Source: Clostridia bacterium (lineage in GTDB: Bacteria > Bacillota > Clostridia > RGIG6154). Taken from it: 64,000 nt of DNA. The stretch is from NCBI GenBank assembly GCA_045648505.1, contig JAZROD010000032.1, positions 722 through 64,721 of the forward strand, written 5' to 3'. The translations under genes were made by a program, and so were the position numbers. The notes beneath the pieces are model-generated. The model was not told where the DNA came from. It did no database searches and saw only the letters and a list, made by a program, of their open reading frames with translations. This document shows positions 54,801 through 63,257 of this stretch, one piece after another. Each line of letters opens with the position of its first letter. The first letter of the stretch is position 1.

Positions 54801-56759
54801 GAATTGAGCATCTGTTGAACCTGTATCAACAAGGGTGCTGTTTTTAGAAGTGTTATAAACACATCTTGTTATTTTTCCTGAATTGTTAAAAACAAGGCCT
54901 GAAATTTCTGCGGAGTTTAATGAGCCTGCGGCAAGACACATTGAAATCTCCCCATAGTTGTTATACACAAGTGATGCACTTTTTTTGCCGAAAAGATTTG
55001 CATTTGCATAAGAATTTGAAACAATTCCTTTGTTTGTGTGAACAAGTCCGCCACCATAAGATGCACTGATTTTGCCTTCAAAGAAACTGTTTGAAATTTC
55101 GCCTTCGTTAAGATAAACAAGTCCACCGCAGTTGTTACCTGTGTTTGAAGAATATGATGCACAGTTTATGATTTTTCCTTTGTTTGTTTCACAAAGGGAA
55201 GCGGTGCTTTGGTATGAGAAAAAGAATCCGTCGTATATTCTTATGTTTTCAAGTGTACCACTGTTTGTTTCAAATACAGCGCAGTTTCCATCAGTTTGTG
55301 TTAATGAAAGATGAGAAAGCCTGTAGCCATTTCCTGTATAAAAGCCTTTGAAATGTTCGATTTTTACAGGTGAAGTAAATACAAGGTCACCTTCTTGCCT
55401 GAAATAGCTTTCAGGATATGAATTTATGTTATTGAAATTTTCCTGAGTTGAAACAATATAGGGGTTTGAAGCAGTACCGTCACCGCCTGAAAATTCTGTA
55501 AAGTTTTCATTTCCGGTATAACAAAGTGTTTCGGGAATTGGGATTTCTTCAAGACTTTTAAAGTAACAATCTTCAGCATTTTTATCTGTAATTTTTGCAG
55601 ATGATGCAGTGTAACAATCTTTTAAAGTGCCGTTGTTTTCACCTGCGATTGCAAAGCATTTTGAATTAAGTCCCCCTGCCAGATTGAAGCAGTTTTCAAT
55701 GGTTCCGTTGTTTAGTCCGCAAATACCACCTGATGCTTTATCACCATCTCTTATGGAAATAAAAGAGGAGTTTCCACAGTTCTTTATAAGACCGTTGTTT
55801 ATATCTGCAATTGCACCCTTGTAGCCTGAAAATTTATAAAGTGGCTTATCCTTTGTGTAGCTTGTGTTAAGGCAGTCTGTAATTGTACCGTTGTTTTCAT
55901 TTGCAACAGAAAAGAAATGTTCAGGGCACACAAGTGTAATTCCTGATACCGATGCATCTTCGCTTGTGACTTTGAACAGGGCATTTGTTGATGTCTGGCT
56001 TGAATAAAGTCTTTTGATTTTGTGACCGTTACCATAAAAAGCACCACTGAAATAATCTGTTGGTATGTAGGAAAGATTGTAAAGACCAAAGTCTAAATCG
56101 CTTGCAAGCATAAAGTTTTTGTCAGGATAAAATCTTATGTTTGAAAGCTGATAAGGATATTTAATAACAAACGGGGAATTTTTGCTTCCGTCACCTGATG
56201 AGAATCGGTTGATTAAAATATTGTAGAAAAGGTCGAAGCATTCTTTTCTTGTCATAAGCTCTTCAGGGCGCAGATAATCATCGTGAGGGATTAAACCCAT
56301 TTCTGAAAGGGAAGTTGCAGGCCCTTTTGCCCATGAAGCAATATAACCGTCATCTGTAAAAGCTGTAACAGGAGTGTTTTTGTAGCCTGTGAGCCTTGCA
56401 GCGATTGTTAAAGCCTCTTGTCTTGTGATGTTGCTTTCAGGCAACATTTTTCCGTTTTCATCGCCTTTGACATATCCGTAGTTAACTGCGGTTAAAATGT
56501 CATTATAATACCATTTGTGTTCAGGAACATCGGATAAATATGTTGGAGTAAGGTCAGAGTTTATAGCGAAAGTGCGGTTAATCATTTTTATGAATTCACC
56601 ACGGCTGACATTGTCATCTTCCCTGAAACCGTGTTCGTCACCCTGAATTATTCCGGATGACACAAGAAGGTCGAGATTATATGCAGAAACAGCATTTGCA
56701 AAGCAAAGTGTTAATATGAAAAATATGATAAATAATGATTTTTTCATAGACTTCTCCAT
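51855..56759 (-). CDS. SLH-anchored giant surface protein (1634 aa) with five tandem GLUG-motif beta-helix-like modules
   Basis: Signal peptide present. The N-terminal SLH triad lies at about 56204-56681. Five modules each open with GDG(T/S)xxxP(Y/F)xI...L.NIR...F.L..DID...F.G.F.GNGH.I and are followed by NNG.I.NC / GGI.G rungs. The start may instead be the ATG at 56747 (MKKSLF). Confidence 0.85.
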   Translation of the reverse strand: MEKSMKKSLFIIFFILTLCFANAVSAYNLDLLVSSGIIQGDEHGFREDDNVSRGEFIKMINRTFAINSDLTPTYLSDVPEHKWYYNDILTAVNYGYVKGDENGKMLPESNITRQEALTIAARLTGYKNTPVTAFTDDGYIASWAKGPATSLSEMGLIPHDDYLRPEELMTRKECFDLFYNILINRFSSGDGSKNSPFVIKYPYQLSNIRFYPDKNFMLASDLDFGLYNLSYIPTDYFSGAFYGNGHKIKRLYSSQTSTNALFKVTSEDASVSGITLVCPEHFFSVANENNGTITDCLNTSYTKDKPLYKFSGYKGAIADINNGLIKNCGNSSFISIRDGDKASGGICGLNNGTIENCFNLAGGLNSKCFAIAGENNGTLKDCYTASSAKITDKNAEDCYFKSLEEIPIPETLCYTGNENFTEFSGGDGTASNPYIVSTQENFNNINSYPESYFRQEGDLVFTSPVKIEHFKGFYTGNGYRLSHLSLTQTDGNCAVFETNSGTLENIRIYDGFFFSYQSTASLCETNKGKIINCASYSSNTGNNCGGLVYLNEGEISNSFFEGKISASYGGGLVHTNKGIVSNSYANANLFGKKSASLVYNNYGEISMCLAAGSLNSAEISGLVFNNSGKITRCVYNTSKNSTLVDTGSTDAQFKDNLNVIPFFNADIWVSGKTSLTIKNNPSFLQNTKENTYSFAGGDGTASNPYVIITPMHLNNIRYFPFASFVLKNDIDMSLTDFKSIKEFNGNLDGNSKKISGLKSILILTNNGTVQNLELKKSQAFTKTNNGTIIACKNNSSIQGETVFAFSEENNGSIIQCLNNGKLSGNKLAPFALANSGSIIDCINAADLMGTGEKSLIFGIASNGGILRGYNTGDMFFESSIGVIYPISDGQYKDAYYLNRYQSSQPGGISYESFNKKLFKDNIYTATKMGYPIFESVDFSDVIFPSGYAEGDGSMDAPYKITSMKELFDIRMYSSKHFVLTRDIDLSAEYNSPSIYNNANLGFTPIDSFSGVLDGNSSTIYALNILYSGIGDGSFVIKNKGNIKNLTIAESRIEGLSKASAISISNEGKIENITLRGSRVGAKDGIASAIACTNEERGQILKCLNLSDIFASTLAGGICVYNYNYVADCTNNGGIIANCTESSAVAGGICASNHSAIAKCVNNGKIFSYSDRKTAIAGGITGSEYQETSNCYNTGSITVKAPERSYSGGITGYCSDAIISNCYNLGYITATSPLQYVGSIAGGGVSGKLSTCYFDHTLPSGAGEQCIKLNGVFSVSPEELATTTVASGLSEKLWEIKNSTYPFPQLKTNPHTTILDIENIRDFAGGNGSLENPYKIITKEHLNNVRKHLGSSFTLLADIDMSGEFFLPVGDEIFSFFGTFLGNGHTISNLTTTSGMFRENHGEIYNLKLENVSLSADTSGGIASVNTGLIYRCSNTSFAPFTAYTSVSGGIAGINKHSGMIVSSYTNGLLGGNSHSAVAGGVCGYNYGLIAGSYNGMQINFSVVTSALLGGICGYNSGTISDCINYCDISVLNSLSAESNIGGIASGNNGSIVNCISSAEKLTGKNTGAICATLLKENIYNCYYLNTVNDPFALEGATGGSNYQLGNPQFYQNLDTSTMWYLTEGFFPVLIETMF
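54649..54676. repeat. 28-nt perfect direct repeat, copy 1 (inside the GLUG gene)
   Basis: GGGTTTGAAGCAGTACCGTCACCGCCTG, identical to 55462-55489. Confidence 0.95.
55462..55489. repeat. 28-nt perfect direct repeat, copy 2 (inside the GLUG gene)
   Basis: Identical to 54649-54676. The offset is 813 nt, which is 271 codons and therefore in frame. Confidence 0.95.
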
Positions 56760-56839
56760 TTAATAATATTTGCACTTTAATTATAGCAGAAAAATCAGCA
56801 AAATAAAAGAGCTTTCACAAAATTTTTGCAAAAGCTCAC

Positions 56840-56874
56840 AAAGGAAAAAGGTCCGTGAAAATTCACGGACCTTT
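56840..56874 (-). terminator. Rho-independent terminator of serC-serA
   Basis: The minus strand reads AAAGGTCCGTGAATTTTCACGGACCTTTTTCCTT. Confidence 0.85.
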
Positions 56875-56882
56875 AAAGGGGA

Positions 56883-58043
56883 TTATTTTATGATTCTCAC
56901 TTTGATAACACCGTCAATTGCAAGAAGTTTATCTGCAATTTCAGGGATATCTGCAGGAGTATCAATGATGGTGTACGCATAGTCACCTTTTGATTTATTG
57001 ATAAGGTTTTCAATGTTTATGTTTGCATCTGCAAAGAGCGATGTGAAAGCATTAATCATTGCAGGAATGTTTTTGTGAATCAGACAAATTCTTACTGCGG
57101 TTTCTCTTGGTGCATTGCAGGCAGGGAAGTTAACAGAGTTTGTAATGTTACCGTTTTCAAGGTAATCTCTGATTTCCTTTGCCGCCATAACTGCACAGTT
57201 GTCTTCAGATTCAGGTGTTGATGCACCAAGGTGAGGGATGCAAACAACATTTTCTACTCCGATTAAATCTGCACTTGGGAAGTCTGTAACATATTTTGCA
57301 ATTTTGCCGTCTGCAATAGCTTTAAGGATATCTTCGTTATTAACAAGCTCGTTTCTTGAGAAGTTAATAATTCTTGCACCGTCTTTCATTAAAGCGATTG
57401 TATCTTTATTGATTGTATATTTTGTTTTGTCGTTAAGAGGTAAGTGAAGTGTGATATAGTCACATTTTGCAAAAATTTCGTTAATGTTTGTTGCCATATC
57501 AACATTTCTTGAAAGATGCCATGCAGCATTTACAGAAATGTAAGGGTCATAGCCTAAAACTTCCATACCAAGGCCGTTTGCTGCATTTGCAACCATAACG
57601 CCGATAGCACCAAGACCGATAACGCCAAGCTTTTTGCCTGTGATTTCAGGACCTACAAAAGAGCCTTTGCCTTTTTCAACGAGCTTTGGAACTGCATCGC
57701 CTTCTTCTTTTAAGGTTTCAGCCCATTTAATACCGCCCACAACATCTCTTGATGCAAGGAAAAGTGCACCGATTGCAAGCTCTTTAACCGCATTTGCATT
57801 AGCACCTGGAGTGTTGAAAACAACAATACCTTTTTCAGAACATTTGTCAATAGGGATGTTGTTTGTTCCTGCACCTGCTCTTGCAACTGCTTTTAAATTT
57901 TCAGGAAGCTCCATATCGTGCATTGCAAAGCTTCTTAAAAGTATACCGTCGGGATTGTTAACCTCATCGGTAACTGTGAAATTATCGCCAAGTTTGTCAA
58001 GACCCACTTTTGCGATTTTATTTAAAGTTAAAATTTCATACAT
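56883..58043 (-). CDS. serA: D-3-phosphoglycerate dehydrogenase with C-terminal ACT domain
   Basis: 2-hydroxyacid dehydrogenase core (GVIGLGAIG), C-terminal ACT-like segment, adjacent to serC. Confidence 0.85.
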   Translation of the reverse strand: MYEILTLNKIAKVGLDKLGDNFTVTDEVNNPDGILLRSFAMHDMELPENLKAVARAGAGTNNIPIDKCSEKGIVVFNTPGANANAVKELAIGALFLASRDVVGGIKWAETLKEEGDAVPKLVEKGKGSFVGPEITGKKLGVIGLGAIGVMVANAANGLGMEVLGYDPYISVNAAWHLSRNVDMATNINEIFAKCDYITLHLPLNDKTKYTINKDTIALMKDGARIINFSRNELVNNEDILKAIADGKIAKYVTDFPSADLIGVENVVCIPHLGASTPESEDNCAVMAAKEIRDYLENGNITNSVNFPACNAPRETAVRICLIHKNIPAMINAFTSLFADANINIENLINKSKGDYAYTIIDTPADIPEIADKLLAIDGVIKVRIIK

Positions 58044-58061
58044 AGTGAAAAACTCCTGTCA

Positions 58062-59141
58062 TTACTTATTTTCTGCTTCAAATTTTTTCATGAATTCAAC
58101 GAGGGCAACAACACCTTCTGTAGGCATTGCATTGTAAATGCTTGCTCTCATACCACCAACGCTTCTGTGGCCTTTAAGGTTTTTGAAGCCTGCAGCATCT
58201 GCTTCTTTACAGAATTTTTTATCAAGCTCTTCGTTGCCTGTAACGAAAGTAACATTCATCAATGAACGATATTCTTTGTCTGCACCAGGTTTGAAAAGTT
58301 CTGAAGAATCAAGGTAGTTGTAAAGAATTGCTGCCTTTTCTTCATTGATTTTCTTCATAGCATCTAAACCGCCAAGACCTAAAATCCATTTATACACAAG
58401 TCCTGCAACATAAATTGCATAGCAAGGAGGTGTGTTATACATAGAATCGTTGTCTGCCATTGTCTGCCAGTTAAGCATTGTTGGGATATCTTCTCTTGCG
58501 TTCCCGAGAAGGTCTTCTCTTACGATAACAACTGTAAGACCTGCTGGAGCCATATTTTTCTGTGCACCTGCATAGATAACGCCGAATTTAGAAACATCAA
58601 TTGGTTCTGAAATGATGCAGGAAGACATATCTGCAACTAAAACCTTGTCGCCAACATTTGGAATTTCAGGGTATTTTGTACCGAAAATTGTGTTGTTGTA
58701 GCAAACATGAACATAGTCTGCATCTTCACGAACCATATCAGGTGTGATTGTTGGTATGTAAGCAAAAGTTCTGTCCTTTGAAGATGCAATACATTTAGCA
58801 TCGCCGTATTTCTGTGCTTCTTCATAAGCTTTTTTGGAGAACTGTCCTGAAACAACATAGTCTGCCTTTTTGTTCTTCATAAGGTTTAAAGGAACTGCCG
58901 CAAACTGTGTGGAAGCGCCGCCCTGAAGGAAGAGCACCTTGTAGTTGTCAGGGATATTCATAAGAAGGCGGAGATTCTTCTCTGCTTCTTTTATAATCTC
59001 ATCGTAAACTGCACTTCGGTGGCTCATTTCCATAACGGACATACCGCTGCCATTATAGTTTGTCATTTCGCTTGCGCACTGCTCAAGAACTGGTAATGGT
59101 AACATTGATGGTCCTGCTGAAAAATTAAATACTCTATTCAT
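58062..59141 (-). CDS. serC: Phosphoserine aminotransferase
   Basis: MNRVFNFSAGPSMLP opening, GAQKNMAPAG PLP-lysine region, 359 aa. Confidence 0.9.
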   Translation of the reverse strand: MNRVFNFSAGPSMLPLPVLEQCASEMTNYNGSGMSVMEMSHRSAVYDEIIKEAEKNLRLLMNIPDNYKVLFLQGGASTQFAAVPLNLMKNKKADYVVSGQFSKKAYEEAQKYGDAKCIASSKDRTFAYIPTITPDMVREDADYVHVCYNNTIFGTKYPEIPNVGDKVLVADMSSCIISEPIDVSKFGVIYAGAQKNMAPAGLTVVIVREDLLGNAREDIPTMLNWQTMADNDSMYNTPPCYAIYVAGLVYKWILGLGGLDAMKKINEEKAAILYNYLDSSELFKPGADKEYRSLMNVTFVTGNEELDKKFCKEADAAGFKNLKGHRSVGGMRASIYNAMPTEGVVALVEFMKKFEAENK

Positions 59142-59182
59142 AATAAAGCCTCCTGTGATGATAAATTTATAATATGAAATGT

Positions 59183-59211
59183 ATTATACTACTCTAATGA
59201 ACAAAAGTCAA
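59183..59211 (-). promoter_or_regulatory. Sigma-A promoter of serC-serA
   Basis: Minus strand TTGACT, 17 nt, TATAAT. A 9-bp inverted repeat, GTTGAAAAA-TAT-TTTTTCAAC, lies just upstream at 59218-59238. Confidence 0.7.
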
Positions 59212-59293
59212 CCACTTGTTGAAAAATATTTTTTCAACTCAACCAATAGTTGATTTTTGCCATTTTTACCGTAGTTCTTTCTATAAAAAAGTA

Positions 59294-59322
59294 TTTACAT
59301 AATTATAAAGATATGCTATACT
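59294..59322 (+). promoter_or_regulatory. Sigma-A promoter of dxs
   Basis: TTTACA, 17 nt, extended -10 TGCTATACT. Confidence 0.6.
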
Positions 59323-59365
59323 GTATTTGTAGAAATTTAGACACAATAAGAAAAGAGGCGTAGGT

Positions 59366-61192
59366 TTGTTTAAGGAATATAAAGGTCCTGAAGATTTGAA
59401 AGGTGCAAACATTAAACAACTGAATATTTTAGCAGATGAAGTAAGAGCGTATATACTTGAAACTGTTTCAAAAAACGGTGGACATCTTGCTTCTAATCTT
59501 GGTGCTGTGGAAATAACTCTTGCTCTTTTAAAGGTGTTTGATTTTAAAAAAGACAATATAGTTTTTGATGTGGGGCATCAGAGTTATGTGTATAAAATAC
59601 TTACAGACAGAAAAGAAGCCTTTAAAACTTTAAGAACCCACGGTGGAATTTCAGGTTTTCCACGAGTAGATGAAAGTGAGTATGACCATTTCAATGCAGG
59701 GCATGCAGGTTGTTCAATTTCAGCGGCGTATGCTATGGCAGAAATTAACCGCAAGGAAGGGAATGACAGTTTTTCTATTGCTTTTGTGGGTGATGCTTCT
59801 CTTTGTAACGGACTTTCTTTTGAAGGGCTGAACAATGCAGGGCAAAACAAAAATAAGCTTATTATTGTTCTCAATGATAACGAAATGTCCATAAAAGAAA
59901 ATGTGGGAAGCGTGAGCAATTATCTTAACAATTTAAGAATAACCCCTGCATATACAAAACTTAAAGAGAATATAAAGCATTATACGATTAAAGTTCCTGT
60001 TATAGGAAAACCACTTGCGCAGTTTTCAAGTTCAGTAAAAAAAGGAGTTAAAAAGCTTCTTATAACATCAGGAATAATGTTTGAAAGCCTTGGCTTTAAG
60101 TATATCGGACCAATTGACGGACACGATACAGACCTTCTTATAAAAATTCTTGAGAGAATAAAGAATATGAACAGTCCAGTGCTTCTTCATATAGTCACCA
60201 AAAAGGGTAAGGGGTATGAATATGCAGAAAAAACCCCTGAACTTTATCACGGACTTGGTGCATTTGACAAAGAAAAACCTGTATCCTTAAAGATAAACGA
60301 AAAATCACCGTCGTACATAGCAGGTAAAAAACTGCTTGACCTTGCAGAAAAAGACGAAAACATAATAGCAGTATGTGCGGCTATGGAGGACGGATGCGGA
60401 CTTGGTGATTTTCATAAGAAACTGCCAGAGCAGTTTTATGATGTGGGCATAAGCGAAGGTCACGCGGTAACTTTTGCAGGCGGTCTTGCAACTAAAGGTA
60501 AGATTCCTGTGGTTGCCATATATTCAACCTTTATGCAAAGAGCTTATGATAATATTATCCACGATATGGCAATATCAAAGCTTCATTGTGTGCTTCTTCT
60601 TGACAGAGCAGGCATTTCGGGAGAAGATGGCGAAACTCATCACGGTGTTTTTGATGTGAATTTTTTAAGCACAATCCCGAATGTTACAATATTTACACCT
60701 TCAAACAAAAAAGAGCTTGAAGCTGCAATTGAAACTGCAATTTATAAGACAGAAGGTGTTGTGGCGGTAAGATACCCTAAAGGAAACTTTGAAGATGGTG
60801 TAGGTTTTGTAAGTCCTTATGAAGCAAAGGTGCTTAAAGAGGGAAGTAAAGCTACCGTTGTAACATATTCAAAAATGACAGAGATAGTAAAAAATACAGA
60901 TTCAGATGCAGACCATATCCATTTAAACTGTATTTCCCGTATAGACTATGAAACAATTATAAAGTCAGTTGAAAAAACAAAAAGACTTATAGTTGCGGAA
61001 GACAGTGTTAAAAATGGTGGTGTGGGTGAAAAAATCTGTGCACACCTTGCACAAAAGGGAATTTGTGCAGAATGTAAAATATTTGCAATAGATAACAAAT
61101 TTGTTTCTCACGGAAAGGTTGAAGAACTTTTAAAGGACTTAAAGCTTGACGGTGAAACAATAGAGAGGTATGTAAATGAAACAAAGGCTTGA
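59366..61192 (+). CDS. dxs: 1-deoxy-D-xylulose-5-phosphate synthase
   Basis: GGHLASNLGAVEITLAL, DVGHQSYVYKILTDR, transketolase-like TPP and pyrimidine-binding domains. TTG start. Confidence 0.95.
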   Translation: MFKEYKGPEDLKGANIKQLNILADEVRAYILETVSKNGGHLASNLGAVEITLALLKVFDFKKDNIVFDVGHQSYVYKILTDRKEAFKTLRTHGGISGFPRVDESEYDHFNAGHAGCSISAAYAMAEINRKEGNDSFSIAFVGDASLCNGLSFEGLNNAGQNKNKLIIVLNDNEMSIKENVGSVSNYLNNLRITPAYTKLKENIKHYTIKVPVIGKPLAQFSSSVKKGVKKLLITSGIMFESLGFKYIGPIDGHDTDLLIKILERIKNMNSPVLLHIVTKKGKGYEYAEKTPELYHGLGAFDKEKPVSLKINEKSPSYIAGKKLLDLAEKDENIIAVCAAMEDGCGLGDFHKKLPEQFYDVGISEGHAVTFAGGLATKGKIPVVAIYSTFMQRAYDNIIHDMAISKLHCVLLLDRAGISGEDGETHHGVFDVNFLSTIPNVTIFTPSNKKELEAAIETAIYKTEGVVAVRYPKGNFEDGVGFVSPYEAKVLKEGSKATVVTYSKMTEIVKNTDSDADHIHLNCISRIDYETIIKSVEKTKRLIVAEDSVKNGGVGEKICAHLAQKGICAECKIFAIDNKFVSHGKVEELLKDLKLDGETIERYVNETKA

Positions 61193-61973
61193 TGTTTATT
61201 TAACGGAAAATAATCTTGCAGAGTCAAGAGAAAAAGCAAGGGCCATAATAATGAGCGGTAATGTTTATGTTAACAATCAGAAGGCTGATAAAGCAGGCTT
61301 CTTTGTAACGGAAACAGACGAAATAGAAGTAAGAGGAAAATTAAATCCTTATGTAAGCCGTGGCGGTCTTAAGCTTGATAAAGCCATGAAGGTTTTTGGT
61401 GTTACCCTTAAAGATAAGGTTGCTATGGACATAGGTGCATCAACCGGCGGATTTACGGACTGTATGCTTCAGAACGGTGCAGTCAAGGTTTTTGCGGTGG
61501 ATGTGGGATACGGTCAGCTTGCCTGGAAATTAAGACAGGATGAGAGAGTTATCAATATGGAAAGAACCAACATAAGAAATGTAACGGTTGAGCAGATAGG
61601 TGAAAAGCTTGATTTTGCTTCAATTGATGTTTCATTTATTTCCCTTAAACTGGTTCTTCCCGTGGCAAAAGAACTTTTAAAAGAAGACGGTGAGCTTTTG
61701 TGTCTTATAAAACCGCAGTTTGAAGCAGGAAGAGAAAAAGTTGGTAAAAAAGGTGTTGTAAGGGACATAAATGTTCATTATGAGGTTGCAGAAAATATAG
61801 TTAATTTCGCAAAAGACATTGAATTTTACCCTAAAGCCCTTGACTTTTCACCAATAAGAGGTCCTGAAGGAAATATCGAGTATCTTTTATATTTATCAAA
61901 AGTACCTTGCGAAAGCGATATAGATGTAAGAAAAGTGGTTGATGAAAGCCACAAGGTGTTAACTGACCAATAA
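61176..61973 (+). CDS. tlyA: TlyA-family rRNA 2'-O-methyltransferase (hemolysin A-like)
   Basis: S4 domain MKQRLDVYLTENNLAESREKARAIIMSGNVYVN plus an FtsJ-like methyltransferase core (DIGASTGGFTD). Confidence 0.9.
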   Translation: MKQRLDVYLTENNLAESREKARAIIMSGNVYVNNQKADKAGFFVTETDEIEVRGKLNPYVSRGGLKLDKAMKVFGVTLKDKVAMDIGASTGGFTDCMLQNGAVKVFAVDVGYGQLAWKLRQDERVINMERTNIRNVTVEQIGEKLDFASIDVSFISLKLVLPVAKELLKEDGELLCLIKPQFEAGREKVGKKGVVRDINVHYEVAENIVNFAKDIEFYPKALDFSPIRGPEGNIEYLLYLSKVPCESDIDVRKVVDESHKVLTDQ

Positions 61974-61984
61974 GGAGGTTTGTT

Positions 61985-62800
61985 ATGAAAACCGTAGGAT
62001 TGGTTGCAACTGCTTCGGCAAAGATGCAACCTGAAGAAATAAAAAAGGTTATAAATCAATTGGAAAAATGCGGGTTTGATGTTCTGGAAGGTCAGGATAT
62101 GGATGAGCTTTTTCCAAAAATAGATATGGCTGTTACGCTGGGCGGAGACGGAACAATTCTTTCTCTTGCAGAGTATAGTGCAAAATATAATGTTCCGCTT
62201 CTTGGTTTTAATTTCGGACATCTTGGATATCTGGCAGAACTGAAAAAAGACCAGACAGAAGAATTTTCAAAAATAGCCAGAGGGGAATACAAAATAGAAG
62301 AAAGAATAATGCTTAATGTTGAAGTTGTAAGAGACGGTAAGCAGATTTATCATTTCCACGCATTAAATGATGCCGTTGCAACAAAAGGTCTTCTTTCAAA
62401 AATGGTACATATTCTTCTTGAAATAGATGGTAAATACACAGGCGATTATTATTCAGACGGAATTATAGTTTCAACTCCAACAGGCTCAACTGCTTATTCA
62501 TTATCGGCAGGTGGTCCTATTGTTGAGCCAAAGCTTAACATTATGGTAATAACACCTATCTGTGCACATTCAACAAATGCAAGACCAATGGTTATTTCAG
62601 ATGAACAGACCATAAAGCTTTTAATAGATATTTATCACGGAGAAGATGTTGCACTTATGTGTGACGGTAAAGAACCGTTAAAGCTTTGTCACGGCGATGA
62701 AATATATGTTACAAAATCAAAGTACAAAACAAAGCTTATAAGATTAAATGAAAGCAATTTTTTTGATATACTCAATAAAAAGTTAAGAAGAGGTAACTGA
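61985..62800 (+). CDS. nadK: NAD kinase
   Basis: TLGGDGTIL motif, NDAV, STPTGSTAYSLSAGGPI. Confidence 0.9.
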   Translation: MKTVGLVATASAKMQPEEIKKVINQLEKCGFDVLEGQDMDELFPKIDMAVTLGGDGTILSLAEYSAKYNVPLLGFNFGHLGYLAELKKDQTEEFSKIARGEYKIEERIMLNVEVVRDGKQIYHFHALNDAVATKGLLSKMVHILLEIDGKYTGDYYSDGIIVSTPTGSTAYSLSAGGPIVEPKLNIMVITPICAHSTNARPMVISDEQTIKLLIDIYHGEDVALMCDGKEPLKLCHGDEIYVTKSKYKTKLIRLNESNFFDILNKKLRRGN

Positions 62801-62801
62801 A

Positions 62802-63257
62802 ATGTCTAAAAAATTAAGACACAGAGAGATAATAAAAATAATAACAGAAAATGTTGTTGAAACACAGGGCCAGCTTACGGATTTTCTTCTTAAAGAAGGT
62901 TTTGATGTAACACAGGCAACTGTTTCAAGAGATATTAAAGAGTTAAGACTTATAAAAATCGCAGATTATGATGACCGTTACAGATATGCAGAGCCAAGCA
63001 AGGAAAGTGCAGGCGATTTAAGAGCAAGATATGTAACAGTTTTAAAGCACTCTCTTATCAATATGCAGAGTGCGGGAAATATAATGGTTATGAAAACCAT
63101 ACCGGGTTCTGCTCAGGTTTGTGCAATGGCAATTGAAACACTTGGTTTTGATGAAATTGCAGGGGTAATCGCAGGGGATGACACGGTGTTTGTTGCCATA
63201 TATTCAGATTATACGGCAGACGGTCTTATTGAAAAAATAAATGAGGTTATAAAATAA
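62802..63257 (+). CDS. argR: Arginine repressor
   Basis: Winged-helix segment QGQLTDFLLKEGFDVTQATVSRDIKELRLIK and a C-terminal oligomerisation domain (GTIAGDDT-like GVIAGDDTVFV). Confidence 0.9.
   Translation: MSKKLRHREIIKIITENVVETQGQLTDFLLKEGFDVTQATVSRDIKELRLIKIADYDDRYRYAEPSKESAGDLRARYVTVLKHSLINMQSAGNIMVMKTIPGSAQVCAMAIETLGFDEIAGVIAGDDTVFVAIYSDYTADGLIEKINEVIK

Noticed and set aside
57634-58137. 167-aa ORF antisense to serA, and similar antisense ORFs in lacI (46857-47261) and radA (38998-39375)
   Set aside because: These are shadow ORFs of strongly supported housekeeping genes. They are Ser/Pro/Leu-rich with no translation signals.
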